64,000 bases of DNA. Source: Escherichia phage AV111. The notes under the pieces are model-generated. The model worked only from the letters and a program-made list of their open reading frames with translations. It did no database searches and was not told where the DNA came from. Position 1 is the first letter of the stretch. Every line of letters starts with the position of its first letter. Position numbers and translations under genes: made by a program. The stretch lies in sequence record OR352941.1. One strand, written 5' to 3'. Shown here piece after piece: positions 28,070 to 36,661 of the stretch.

Positions 28070-28343
28070 TAATTAATCGCACATCCTGGTCATATGTCAG
28101 GAGGCTACGAGTTATAATACCCTTACATGGTCCAGAAATAAATTCCAAAGTAAAGTAAGGAACCAACTTCATCAAGCGAATACTCGGAGCAGTGCAACGA
28201 AATCTGGACCCAATAAAAGGTCCAGACAAAAACACGTACTCAAAGAAATTTGCTTTATTAAAGATTTCAAAATTCTTTACGAAATCTTCAGACCTAACCT
28301 TTGGAATAAAATAGATTTGGTCAAAAAGCTCTTCATGAGTCAT
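28047..28343 (-). CDS. hypothetical protein
   Basis: 98 aa ORF. Confidence 0.45.
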   Translation of the reverse strand: MTHEELFDQIYFIPKVRSEDFVKNFEIFNKANFFEYVFLSGPFIGSRFRCTAPSIRLMKLVPYFTLEFISGPCKGIITRSLLTYDQDVRLISDWKKYV

Positions 28344-28924
28344 TATTGCATTCCAATCACAAAAAATTGAGGACGAACTGTTCCACCCGTTTTAAAACAA
28401 TGAGCATGACAGCAGTGTTGTACAGTTTTCATATGGATATCGTAAATCTTGTCCATATCAGGAGCTTTAATAGGTTCATCAATTATATACAATACGCGTG
28501 AAAGCGCAAGGCCACGGAATTTAGAACCTTCATTACCGATAAAGCTACGTAATGAATCATGGAAAAGCTGGTAACGAATATCTTCCGCGCTAAAACGAAT
28601 AAAATCATTTTTGATAGAATCGGATGAAATTCTTGCATAAGCAGAGGTATTAGACAGGACAATTACTGTACCTCCGTCATAAATCCAGTTAGCGGCAAAA
28701 TTAGTTACTGCAGTAGATTTACCTGATTGTCGCCCGCCATCCATACGGAGTGTGCAGTATTCTTTGAGCAAGACTTCCATTGGAGGAATATAACAATCGG
28801 TCTTACAAAGTTCTTCTATTCGAGCATCAGAATGGTGGGTAAAAGCATTCATCAGGGATAGATAAGGTCCAGTTAAAAATGTTCTCATATTATTTCTCTT
28901 AAGGTTTGGGCCATTCCGTGGCAC
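28343..28924 (-). CDS. P-loop NTPase, small
   Basis: 193 aa; Walker A DGGRQSGKST, Walker B VLYIIDEP, C-terminal Cys/His cluster. Confidence 0.5.
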   Translation of the reverse strand: MPRNGPNLKRNNMRTFLTGPYLSLMNAFTHHSDARIEELCKTDCYIPPMEVLLKEYCTLRMDGGRQSGKSTAVTNFAANWIYDGGTVIVLSNTSAYARISSDSIKNDFIRFSAEDIRYQLFHDSLRSFIGNEGSKFRGLALSRVLYIIDEPIKAPDMDKIYDIHMKTVQHCCHAHCFKTGGTVRPQFFVIGMQ

Positions 28925-29060
28925 ATGTTAGGTCCTTCGACTCGCTATGTAAACCCATTACCGCATTGCGCTCGACCTTATTACAGGTTGGAAAAGGTAC
29001 ATCACTCAGAGGACTCGACGTTCATAAGGAGAGGTTGCGTTTCCCTTTATTAGGCAAGAA

Positions 29061-29390
29061 TTATACTCGAGGCTTTTGAGCTTGTTTGGTATTGGATTCC
29101 CATGCAGCTTTGGTAATTTTGTTAGCGGCATAACCAAAGGCATTAGATAGAACACCTTTAGAGTTGAATACATCCAATCCAATAAGTACACCGGCTGCGT
29201 TAAATTTAGGAGCAAAGTATGCATTAGTTTTAGAAAGAGCTTTTTTCAATTCAGGGTCTTGAACCAAACCATCAAAAACGCCTTTACTATTTACTTTATA
29301 TGTTACTTTGGGATTTTTACCTTCTTCGATAGCAGCTTTCTGTTCCGCAGATAATGTAACTTCAGTGATAAACTCTTGATACGTTTTCAT
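29061..29390 (-). CDS. internal-protein-like (capsid-targeting leader)
   Basis: 109 aa; N-terminal MKTYQEFITE leader. Confidence 0.6.
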   Translation of the reverse strand: MKTYQEFITEVTLSAEQKAAIEEGKNPKVTYKVNSKGVFDGLVQDPELKKALSKTNAYFAPKFNAAGVLIGLDVFNSKGVLSNAFGYAANKITKAAWESNTKQAQKPRV

Positions 29391-29453
29391 TTTTGTTTCC
29401 TTGTTTATTTTGATAGAGTAATTATACCATATTAATACTTAAGCGTAAACAAT

Positions 29454-29714
29454 TTAAGCTTTACCGCCAGAAATAATTCCGAAGTTGTTAAAATCGTATC
29501 CAATATCGTCAACATCTACTTTAGGGCTTGCTACAACATAAGCAATTTCACTACGTTTTGCATAGGTGTTGATTTCTTTACCATCGCCACCTAAGAAAGA
29601 ATACCCATTACGTTTTAATGAGCCAAAGTCTTCCGCATCACCAATGAAAGCTTTAACTTTAAATTTAGGACCTTTGGCATCTGCTTCAATGATAAATTCT
29701 TGATACATTTTCAT
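29454..29714 (-). CDS. internal-protein-like (capsid-targeting leader)
   Basis: 86 aa; N-terminal MKMYQEFIIE leader. Confidence 0.6.
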   Translation of the reverse strand: MKMYQEFIIEADAKGPKFKVKAFIGDAEDFGSLKRNGYSFLGGDGKEINTYAKRSEIAYVVASPKVDVDDIGYDFNNFGIISGGKA

Positions 29715-29720
29715 TTTTCC

Positions 29721-30134
29721 TTAGTAAATTGATTTGCCATAATATTTATACCAAGACGGCCGTTGAGCAATTTTTTCATCTAAGCGTGCTTGACTTATCG
29801 CAATGGACGCTTCGGACGGGTCATAATTATTACGAAATTCGGCAGGGATGTCGGAAATATCCTGGACTGTCGTGTCCTTGATTTTGAAACCACGTTTCAA
29901 GCATTCAGCGATTAGCTCGATTTGACGTAAACGTAAAAATTCGAGTTTGTCGTAAAAGAATGTTACGTGACCTGTGCCTAAGATAAATGTTGGAGAGATT
30001 TTAAAATCCTTTACACGTTTACCGTTTTGAACATGTTTACGGACTGCACCAAATACGCGTGGTAATTCACGATACTCAGCCATAAGATGTTGGTCGGACA
30101 GTTCAGAAACAAGTGTTAAATTGATACGAGTCAT
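29721..30134 (-). CDS. denV: endonuclease V (pyrimidine-dimer DNA glycosylase)
   Basis: [31 protein letters not shown]... matches recalled T4 DenV; ATG 30132-30134; early promoter 30162-30190. Confidence 0.9.
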   Translation of the reverse strand: MTRINLTLVSELSDQHLMAEYRELPRVFGAVRKHVQNGKRVKDFKISPTFILGTGHVTFFYDKLEFLRLRQIELIAECLKRGFKIKDTTVQDISDIPAEFRNNYDPSEASIAISQARLDEKIAQRPSWYKYYGKSIY

Positions 30135-30161
30135 AATTTCCTCCAAGTAGTTGATGAATGT

Positions 30162-30190
30162 ATAGTATCAAAACCCTTGGAGGAAGTAAA
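30162..30190 (-). promoter_or_regulatory. early promoter upstream of denV
   Basis: Minus GTTTACT-N17-TACTAT; CCTCCAAG/CTTGGAGG inverted repeat overlapping the SD. Confidence 0.5.
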
Positions 30191-30192
30191 CA

Positions 30193-30474
30193 CTATTTTT
30201 CTGAAGCGCCTGAAATATATTTTTCAAGACGTTGTTTCATTAGCGAGCCGTTCTTAGCGATTTCTTCCGGTTTATCGCACATACGTAACAAGGCTTCAAG
30301 CTTAGCGATATCGCTGGTACGTTCAAATTTGCGAGTATCTATCTTACTAGCAAGTTCAGAAATACGTGCTAATAGACTTTCGGCTTCAACCAAAGCTGCA
30401 CCTAGCTTAGTTGCAAATGTGTCAGTAGCTTCGTTAAGAATAGATTCTGATAAAAATTCACTATATGTTTTCAT
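30193..30474 (-). CDS. internal-protein-like (capsid-targeting leader)
   Basis: Start at [10 protein letters not shown] (ATG 30472-30474), ATGA overlap with lysozyme stop. Confidence 0.55.
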   Translation of the reverse strand: MKTYSEFLSESILNEATDTFATKLGAALVEAESLLARISELASKIDTRKFERTSDIAKLEALLRMCDKPEEIAKNGSLMKQRLEKYISGASEK

Positions 30475-30959
30475 ATATACGCTTTCCAAGTTCCTGTTTT
30501 AAATGTTGAGATTACGCGTTTCGCGCGATTAGGTGTCTGACGATACCATTTAGATTGGGCTAGATTTACTGCCGCTTCATCCCAACGTTTCTGTTGAAGC
30601 ATACGAAGAGAATTAGTAAAACCGGCGACGCCTGATATACCCATTTGGAAGACCATATTGACCAATGCACACCGACGAACCGCATCTAAAGAATCATATA
30701 CCGGTTTAAGTTTAGCATTACCCAAGATTCCGCGAACGGCTTTATCAACGTCTTCATTAAATAGCTTTTCAGCCTCATCAAGGGTAATTGTACCGTTGCA
30801 TTTACGTCCGATCATTCTGTCAAGTTCAGCTTTAGCTACGGCTAAAGACGGATTCTTTGTTACTAAATGGCCAATGCCAATAGTCCAAAAGCCTTCGGTG
30901 TCTTTGTATAAAATCAGTCTAAGACCTTCGTCATTACGAAGCATTTCAAATATATTCAT
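30471..30959 (-). CDS. e: endolysin (T4 lysozyme)
   Basis: [32 protein letters not shown]... near-identical to recalled T4 lysozyme; 162 aa. Confidence 0.95.
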   Translation of the reverse strand: MNIFEMLRNDEGLRLILYKDTEGFWTIGIGHLVTKNPSLAVAKAELDRMIGRKCNGTITLDEAEKLFNEDVDKAVRGILGNAKLKPVYDSLDAVRRCALVNMVFQMGISGVAGFTNSLRMLQQKRWDEAAVNLAQSKWYRQTPNRAKRVISTFKTGTWKAYI

Positions 30960-30993
30960 AATACCTCCCACGTTTATAGGAGGTATTTATTAC

Positions 30994-31452
30994 TTATAGG
31001 AGTGTAGTGAGCACCTTATATAATGATTTGCCCATTACATATTCCCATTGAGAAGGTTTAATTAAAGCGAATGCATCAAATTCAGGAATCTGTCGTCCGT
31101 CTGGGAATGTATGATAGGAATTACAAACACTGTTTCTGAATTGCTCGTGCTCTACAGGGATGGTATATAGGAACAGATGAATATTCTTATTGTCTGAGTA
31201 ATGATGTTCACCTAGGTCTTTCAGGAAGGCAGGGTCATATTGTGTAAACCCGGTTTCTTCTTCGCATTCACGAATAGCGGCTTCAATAGGAGATTCGCCA
31301 GGTTCGACACGGCCTTTAGGAATATCCCACCGATGAGCTAAAGAACCTTTAGGACGAGAACCAGTTACACGCCCCATGAATAATTCTTTATCTTCGGTAA
31401 GGAAAATAATACCGGCTGATAGTTCTTTCACTTTATTTTTCTTACTCATCAT
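30994..31452 (-). CDS. nudE: Nudix hydrolase
   Basis: 152 aa; Nudix box GRVEPGESPIEAAIRECEEETGF. Confidence 0.8.
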   Translation of the reverse strand: MMSKKNKVKELSAGIIFLTEDKELFMGRVTGSRPKGSLAHRWDIPKGRVEPGESPIEAAIRECEEETGFTQYDPAFLKDLGEHHYSDNKNIHLFLYTIPVEHEQFRNSVCNSYHTFPDGRQIPEFDAFALIKPSQWEYVMGKSLYKVLTTLL

Positions 31453-31678
31453 CTCGGTCCCATGATTTGGCCATTAATTCGGACATAAATTCTTCAATGC
31501 GCGTTTCTTTAGATGGACTTTCACTATTAGAGACCGCAAGTTTGTAATCTGCAATAGGACAGAACATATCAAGGTCCATATTAAGGTCGTCTTTGATTTT
31601 TTCTTCTGACACATCTTTATCGTATGTGTACAGATAACTATCACATGATTCTGATTTAATGTAAATTGCTATACTCAT
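31442..31678 (-). CDS. hypothetical acidic protein
   Basis: Start at second ATG (MSIAIYIK) overlapping upstream stop. Confidence 0.4.
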   Translation of the reverse strand: MSIAIYIKSESCDSYLYTYDKDVSEEKIKDDLNMDLDMFCPIADYKLAVSNSESPSKETRIEEFMSELMAKSWDRDDE

Positions 31679-32166
31679 CTCAAATTCCTGCATTCGGTAA
31701 TAAAACGTTCAACTTCATTATTCTTGGCCTTTATCTTGTCTTTACGTTCCTGTAAACTACTTTTAACAAGATTAATAATGATGCCTACAGTACCGCCGCC
31801 AATGATGCCACCAACAACACTTATGATAATAGATGCTAATAAGATAGCAATAATATCAACAAAACCGAAAGAACTCACCTTAGTACTAAAAAACCATACC
31901 GATGGTACAAATATAATCCATCCTGCTATCCATTGGCACTTATTGAAAAACTTTTCAAGATCAGCTTGAGTTGTTCGTATTACTTCATCGATAGGTTGAT
32001 AACCGTTAATGTATCTGTTCACGATAATACCTGCTGGCTGGTCGATTTTAAATTCTTGGCAAATACGTTTAACTAAGTAGGATGGACATCCTGTCCAATC
32101 TACTGAATAGTATGAAATACCTTCGTTGCCATCGTCTATATTAGACCAATATGTTTTGTTAATCAT
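31675..32166 (-). CDS. membrane protein with C-terminal ERFITECR tail
   Basis: 163 aa; TM segments in C-terminal half; shared tail motif. Confidence 0.5.
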   Translation of the reverse strand: MINKTYWSNIDDGNEGISYYSVDWTGCPSYLVKRICQEFKIDQPAGIIVNRYINGYQPIDEVIRTTQADLEKFFNKCQWIAGWIIFVPSVWFFSTKVSSFGFVDIIAILLASIIISVVGGIIGGGTVGIIINLVKSSLQERKDKIKAKNNEVERFITECRNLR

Positions 32167-32852
32167 TACCAGCCTTCCATAGGGAATTCCAGATAAACTT
32201 GAGCGTTGACACGAATTTCATTGGTAATCTTTTTAACTCGGTCTGTATTACGAGATACACGTCCGAACCAACGCCATCCATTACTAATTGCACGAGAACC
32301 AGTGTGCCATGTTTGCCAATCAAACTGAAGAAGAGTACGGTCTGGAGCTTCCCATTTCTCTAGTTCACCTTTTTCAATTTTTTCGAGGACTTCTTTGTGC
32401 CACTGGCGATAGATAAGTTCACCATCAGGAATCTGACTGAACTCTGCAGTTCCTGTTGCAAAATGAGTAGGACACACATCAGCGTTAACAAGACCAAGAA
32501 TATGTTCAGATAAATAGCGAGGATTGTCATAATCAGGTTGTCCTGCAGTAATAAAGTGTTGACCAACTGGAATATCAGGGCGTGGTACGTCATCATGGTG
32601 ATAACCTGGGATAGCAGGGTACCAACCGGGCATCAGCATATGAACCCGAGAATCAAATACAACATGTTGATTAGTCCAATCAATTGGGAGATTGGCAATA
32701 AAGCTACGAGTGATTGAGCCACCATTATCCCAAGCAAAACCCAAATCACAATTAAAGAACATTGGTTCATTTTTGATTCGGTCATTTTGTACGTTATGTG
32801 CAAAACTACCAACTGCACGAGCTTGACTATTAAACACTTTAGAACTATTCAT
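32166..32852 (-). CDS. hypothetical protein, His/Asp-rich
   Basis: 228 aa; GYHHDD and WHTGSRA segments. Confidence 0.5.
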   Translation of the reverse strand: MNSSKVFNSQARAVGSFAHNVQNDRIKNEPMFFNCDLGFAWDNGGSITRSFIANLPIDWTNQHVVFDSRVHMLMPGWYPAIPGYHHDDVPRPDIPVGQHFITAGQPDYDNPRYLSEHILGLVNADVCPTHFATGTAEFSQIPDGELIYRQWHKEVLEKIEKGELEKWEAPDRTLLQFDWQTWHTGSRAISNGWRWFGRVSRNTDRVKKITNEIRVNAQVYLEFPMEGW

Positions 32853-32853
32853 A

Positions 32854-33159
32854 TTATTTTCCTCGACATTCTTTAATGAAATTTTCTAGATTGGTAGATT
32901 CAATAGCTTTTTTACGAGCTTCTGCGTGTTCTTCTTCAGACAATTTACATTTATAATTGACCCAGACGTTATGGTCGAAACTAGTCGTGGCATATAATAA
33001 CAATGCTCCAACGAATAGCAAAAACGGCGATAAGAATACAAAACCAGGAACACCATCCATACTGTAAGCCTTTTGTAATACTGCAACAGAAAGAGTTGCG
33101 TAAAAAGGTGATGCAAGTATTGTTAAAAGACCAATTCGATTGGTTTCTGTTAATTTCAT
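32854..33159 (-). CDS. membrane protein with C-terminal ENFIKECR tail
   Basis: 101 aa; two TM segments; SD GAGGAGA; early promoter 33188-33217. Confidence 0.55.
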   Translation of the reverse strand: MKLTETNRIGLLTILASPFYATLSVAVLQKAYSMDGVPGFVFLSPFLLFVGALLLYATTSFDHNVWVNYKCKLSEEEHAEARKKAIESTNLENFIKECRGK

Positions 33160-33187
33160 AATATTCTCCTCATGTTTTAATAGGACT

Positions 33188-33217
33188 ACTATAACATAGT
33201 CCTATAATTGTGTAAAC
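33188..33217 (-). promoter_or_regulatory. early promoter (stem-loop cassette family)
   Basis: Minus GTTTACA-N17-TATAGT in TAGGACTA...TAGTCCTA palindrome, then SD GAGGAGA and ATG 33159. Confidence 0.55.
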
Positions 33218-33229
33218 AGTTTTGTGAAG

Positions 33230-34186
33230 TTATTTGAAAGGTTTTACCATATGGAAATTTTGTTTGAAACGTTTGACGTAATCGTCATGTCCTAAGCTTT
33301 GGTACATACTTACTACTTTGCTGTAGTTTTCCCAGGCGTATTCACGGAACCAACCGGAGGTGATGCTTGTGCAGACTTTTTCCAATGCCATTATGAAACT
33401 GGCTTCAGGGTTAATTTCAAAGTTATTAGGAATCTGAGAACGTTCTAATGCTAGTACACATGATTCTTCATATACACCGGCCAATTTGACCATTTCTGGT
33501 AATGATTCGAACTTCTCGCGTGAGGTCATGACTTCAGAACCATCTTTCATGTAAAATGTATACGCTGGACGGTCAGTTAGTGCAATGGCTTCATGGATAG
33601 TATCATGGTCATATGTATAGATGTCATCTTTAAAGAACGCACTTTTAGAAGTGTCAAGAACTGGGTGAGCATAATTCAAGGTTTCTTTCTGGCGTTTCAG
33701 CATAATTTCAGTAAGTTCATCGTTCAGTGTAACACCTTTACCACGAAGATACTGAATATGGTTCATAGTCTTTAAAAAGAATGGATTATTTTTCTTGAAA
33801 CGATGAGACATCTTAATTGCAAGACATATCTCAGGAGTTGCCCAGTAAAACCCGTTCAAACGGTCTTTAGTCAAATTTTTCTTGGCGTATTTTAAAAGGT
33901 CATAAGAAGACGTGAAATCTTCAGGAGTGAGTTCACCGACTAATTCACGGACATTAGTGATTGCCGGAACAATATATGCTTCAAAATGAGTTTCGCGTCC
34001 ATTATGGAAGCATTTGAAAACTTGGACATCAGGGTTATCTTGGTGAACATATACACCCATCATTTGATTTTTGAATGCATTCCAAGAACATTGGTCCGCA
34101 ATAAAGTCCCAATCACTATTTTTAATAGCGCTAGAATCAATAAGACCGTGATAGTGAAGTGCACGAGAACCAATAACTAACATCAT
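33230..34186 (-). CDS. hypothetical protein with N-terminal NTase-like motif
   Basis: 318 aa; N-terminus VIGSRALHYHGLIDSSAIKNSDWDF resembles the GS...D.D nucleotidyltransferase signature. Confidence 0.5.
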   Translation of the reverse strand: MMLVIGSRALHYHGLIDSSAIKNSDWDFIADQCSWNAFKNQMMGVYVHQDNPDVQVFKCFHNGRETHFEAYIVPAITNVRELVGELTPEDFTSSYDLLKYAKKNLTKDRLNGFYWATPEICLAIKMSHRFKKNNPFFLKTMNHIQYLRGKGVTLNDELTEIMLKRQKETLNYAHPVLDTSKSAFFKDDIYTYDHDTIHEAIALTDRPAYTFYMKDGSEVMTSREKFESLPEMVKLAGVYEESCVLALERSQIPNNFEINPEASFIMALEKVCTSITSGWFREYAWENYSKVVSMYQSLGHDDYVKRFKQNFHMVKPFK

Positions 34187-34214
34187 AATATTTTCCTCGG
34201 ATTAATTCATTAAC

Positions 34215-34466
34215 TTAAATTTCACGACATGCGATATTATATTCATCCCAGAGGTCATCATGTGAAGCCTCTACCAATGGAACGATTGTACCGTTTATGT
34301 CTTCATTATAAGGGCAAATTGTACAGTGCGCATCTTCGAATCGGATGCCTTTGTGTTCAGATTTTTTATAACGCATATCGAATATCTTTGCAAACTTTTC
34401 ACGAGTAATGGTTTTAGCAACTACTTTGGTTCCGATACTTTCGTAATAAATCATTGTGGACTCCAT
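34215..34466 (-). CDS. hypothetical protein
   Basis: 83 aa ORF downstream of early promoter 34483-34512. Confidence 0.5.
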   Translation of the reverse strand: MESTMIYYESIGTKVVAKTITREKFAKIFDMRYKKSEHKGIRFEDAHCTICPYNEDINGTIVPLVEASHDDLWDEYNIACREI

Positions 34467-34482
34467 TTGTTTTGATAGGACT

Positions 34483-34512
34483 ACTATAACATAGCCCTAT
34501 CTTGTTGTAAAC
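34483..34512 (-). promoter_or_regulatory. early promoter (stem-loop cassette family)
   Basis: Near-identical copy of the 33188 element. Confidence 0.55.
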
Positions 34513-34516
34513 TGTT

Positions 34517-34714
34517 TTAGCAAGAATAACTAGATGATACCCAGCCTTGAACAGTGATACTATTGTGGGATAATGAGATCGCGTCCTGGAGATTCAGACC
34601 TGCGTTATCTTCAATCCATAATGTAACTTCTTCGCGTTCTTCTGTTGCAATTTGGAACAGGTTTTCCAGAGCAGCTACTGCCGTACGTACAGCACAATCT
34701 AATTCACGAGACAT
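34517..34714 (-). CDS. small protein, WVSSS-x-x-C family
   Basis: 65 aa ending QGWVSSSYSC. Confidence 0.5.
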   Translation of the reverse strand: MSRELDCAVRTAVAALENLFQIATEEREEVTLWIEDNAGLNLQDAISLSHNSITVQGWVSSSYSC

Positions 34715-34723
34715 ATGGTTTCC

Positions 34724-34996
34724 TTAGCAAGTGTGAGAAGATGCGACCCAGCCGCCATCTTCAAGGCTCAGGTTGTAGTCGTATTGGTAAACGTCAGCCC
34801 ATTCAGCCTGGCCGTTTTTTGTACAACGTTCAAGATCGGCTTTAAGATGTCCGGGTGAATGATAGGTTCCACCCATACCATAAGCTGGATACAAGTTGAA
34901 CGTTGTGTTTTGTTTATCAGCAATTTCTTTGGCAGCCTCAATAGCTGCATAGATTTTTGCTACAGCTTCAGCCAGTTCGGTTTGTTCTTTAGACAT
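34724..34996 (-). CDS. small protein, WVSSS-x-x-C family
   Basis: 90 aa ending DGGWVASSHTC; paralog of 35006-35311. Confidence 0.55.
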   Translation of the reverse strand: MSKEQTELAEAVAKIYAAIEAAKEIADKQNTTFNLYPAYGMGGTYHSPGHLKADLERCTKNGQAEWADVYQYDYNLSLEDGGWVASSHTC

Positions 34997-35005
34997 AATG
35001 ATTCC

Positions 35006-35311
35006 TTAGCACAACGCAGAAGACGAAACCCAAGCACCTTCAGTAATAACGTAACCATTACCTTCACGCTTAACATCGCCACCATTATTTTCAATTTCAT
35101 CTTTCATCCACTGGGATACGATTTCACCCTTAGGATAATAAGTACGGCCGCTACCATAATCACCTACAGAAAATGATACGGCATATTGGTCTGCGATCTT
35201 TGTTGCTTCTTCTTCGATACGTTCAGCTTGATTCAGAAGTTTATAAATTGCATCTGAAGCGGATTTGGCATCATTAAACTCTGGTACTTTAATTTCAATA
35301 ATCTTACTCAT
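35006..35311 (-). CDS. small protein, WVSSS-x-x-C family
   Basis: 101 aa ending EGAWVSSSALC; ATG overlaps upstream stop. Confidence 0.55.
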   Translation of the reverse strand: MSKIIEIKVPEFNDAKSASDAIYKLLNQAERIEEEATKIADQYAVSFSVGDYGSGRTYYPKGEIVSQWMKDEIENNGGDVKREGNGYVITEGAWVSSSALC

Positions 35312-35667
35312 TTTCTACATTCCTTAATAAAGTTTTCGATTGTTTCATTTTCACGTTTAGCTAGAAGTTCATTATAACTAATCATTTGAGAAGCGTAAAT
35401 ATTTTTATTTTTCTTGTTATGGTTTATAAAATCGTAGTAAAAATAGACTACGGTACAAAAGGATGCGATGGATGCAAAGGCTTGGGTATACCGTAAGTCC
35501 TGCCATTGGTCTGTGAATCCACCAGTGTTCCCTATAAATCCTAACACAACGCCGTCAATAAGAAATCCAACTAATCCAAAGGCAAATCCCATGCCAATAC
35601 TCATAATAAAAATTAGAATGTTCTCACCAAGAGAAGGCCATACGGTTAAGAGTTGAGGCTTTTGCAT
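35308..35667 (-). CDS. membrane protein with C-terminal ENFIKECRK tail
   Basis: 119 aa, multiple TM segments. Confidence 0.5.
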   Translation of the reverse strand: MQKPQLLTVWPSLGENILIFIMSIGMGFAFGLVGFLIDGVVLGFIGNTGGFTDQWQDLRYTQAFASIASFCTVVYFYYDFINHNKKNKNIYASQMISYNELLAKRENETIENFIKECRK

Positions 35668-36071
35668 CTTATTTCCTTAACGAATTCCATAGCTTCTTCA
35701 TATTCATACTTTTTAACAGCTTCATCATACTGAGCTTTGGCTTTTGCGCACTGAACTTTCCATTCACGAACTCGAGCTCTGTGATGACGGCCTTGGTACC
35801 AATATCCCACCCAGTTAATAGGCATTAATAAAAATGGCACAATAAACGGCCCGGCTATAACAAGTAAAAACACTGCATCAGACGATATAACTTCACTAGA
35901 ATCTAAAACAGCTCCTATAATCATAAAGATTAAAAATGCTAAAGCTAAAATAGGGCCAAATAGTACTTCGTTTGGGATTAATTTACGTTTGTATTCGTAT
36001 GCCCAGGGCTTACTTGGCATGTATAGGGTTGGCTTTGACATATTCTCTACATTCCATAATAAATTGCTCAA
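35646..36071 (-). CDS. membrane protein (start uncertain)
   Basis: 141 aa with TM segments; N-terminus overlaps 36010-36633. Confidence 0.45.
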   Translation of the reverse strand: MSNLLWNVENMSKPTLYMPSKPWAYEYKRKLIPNEVLFGPILALAFLIFMIIGAVLDSSEVISSDAVFLLVIAGPFIVPFLLMPINWVGYWYQGRHHRARVREWKVQCAKAKAQYDEAVKKYEYEEAMEFVKEIRCKSLNS

Positions 36072-36633
36072 GGATTAAATTGTTAGTGAAATTAGGACTA
36101 ACAACCATAGTTTCATAAAGCGCGTCAATAGCACTTAAAGCATCAACTCTTTTAAGCAAAGGCTTGCCTTCATACATAGTTTCAGAATCGATGATTAACG
36201 TAAAGTAATATTTTTTATTATCGACTAGAACTTCTGTATCGATATAAAACATATTAGACCTCAGAAGCTTATCTCTAAAACCATAATAATCTTCTGAACG
36301 TTCACTGATATATTCCAATTCGGTGTTTAAACAACAAACAGACCACGTAGGAGCAACGAAATCAGTGAATCTAATATCATGGTCTGCAACTAGTTTAGCA
36401 ATAGCTCCGATATCATGAATCATAATACCTGGGGCTAATAAAGATTTTCTGCTATGGCTAGCCGTTTTCTCGGTGGTCTCATAAGAAGACGACCAGTACC
36501 ATTTACGTCCGGTTGCAACATATCGTAATGAATCAACTAAAGACGTAGGTGGATTTACCTTATCTCGGAACTCTTCGAACATTGAGTCAATATCATTATT
36601 TTGGTTTCGCATGTTAACTCCTTTATTATCCAA
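36010..36633 (-). CDS. hypothetical protein with C-terminal ...FIMECR motif
   Basis: 207 aa ORF. Confidence 0.5.
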   Translation of the reverse strand: MDNKGVNMRNQNNDIDSMFEEFRDKVNPPTSLVDSLRYVATGRKWYWSSSYETTEKTASHSRKSLLAPGIMIHDIGAIAKLVADHDIRFTDFVAPTWSVCCLNTELEYISERSEDYYGFRDKLLRSNMFYIDTEVLVDNKKYYFTLIIDSETMYEGKPLLKRVDALSAIDALYETMVVSPNFTNNLILEQFIMECREYVKANPIHAK

Positions 36634-36661
36634 AAGGAGGACCGGAGTCCTCCGTATTATT

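Noticed and set aside
29006-29224. 72 aa ORF overlapping the start of the IP-like gene 29061-29390
   Set aside because: Alternative-frame overlap with a gene that has a recognisable conserved N-terminus; hydrophobic low-complexity translation.
32166-32852. 2OG-Fe(II) oxygenase/cupin assignment for the His/Asp-rich 228 aa protein
   Set aside because: Only loosely spaced His/Asp residues were seen and no clear HxD...H motif with proper spacing could be established without a profile search.
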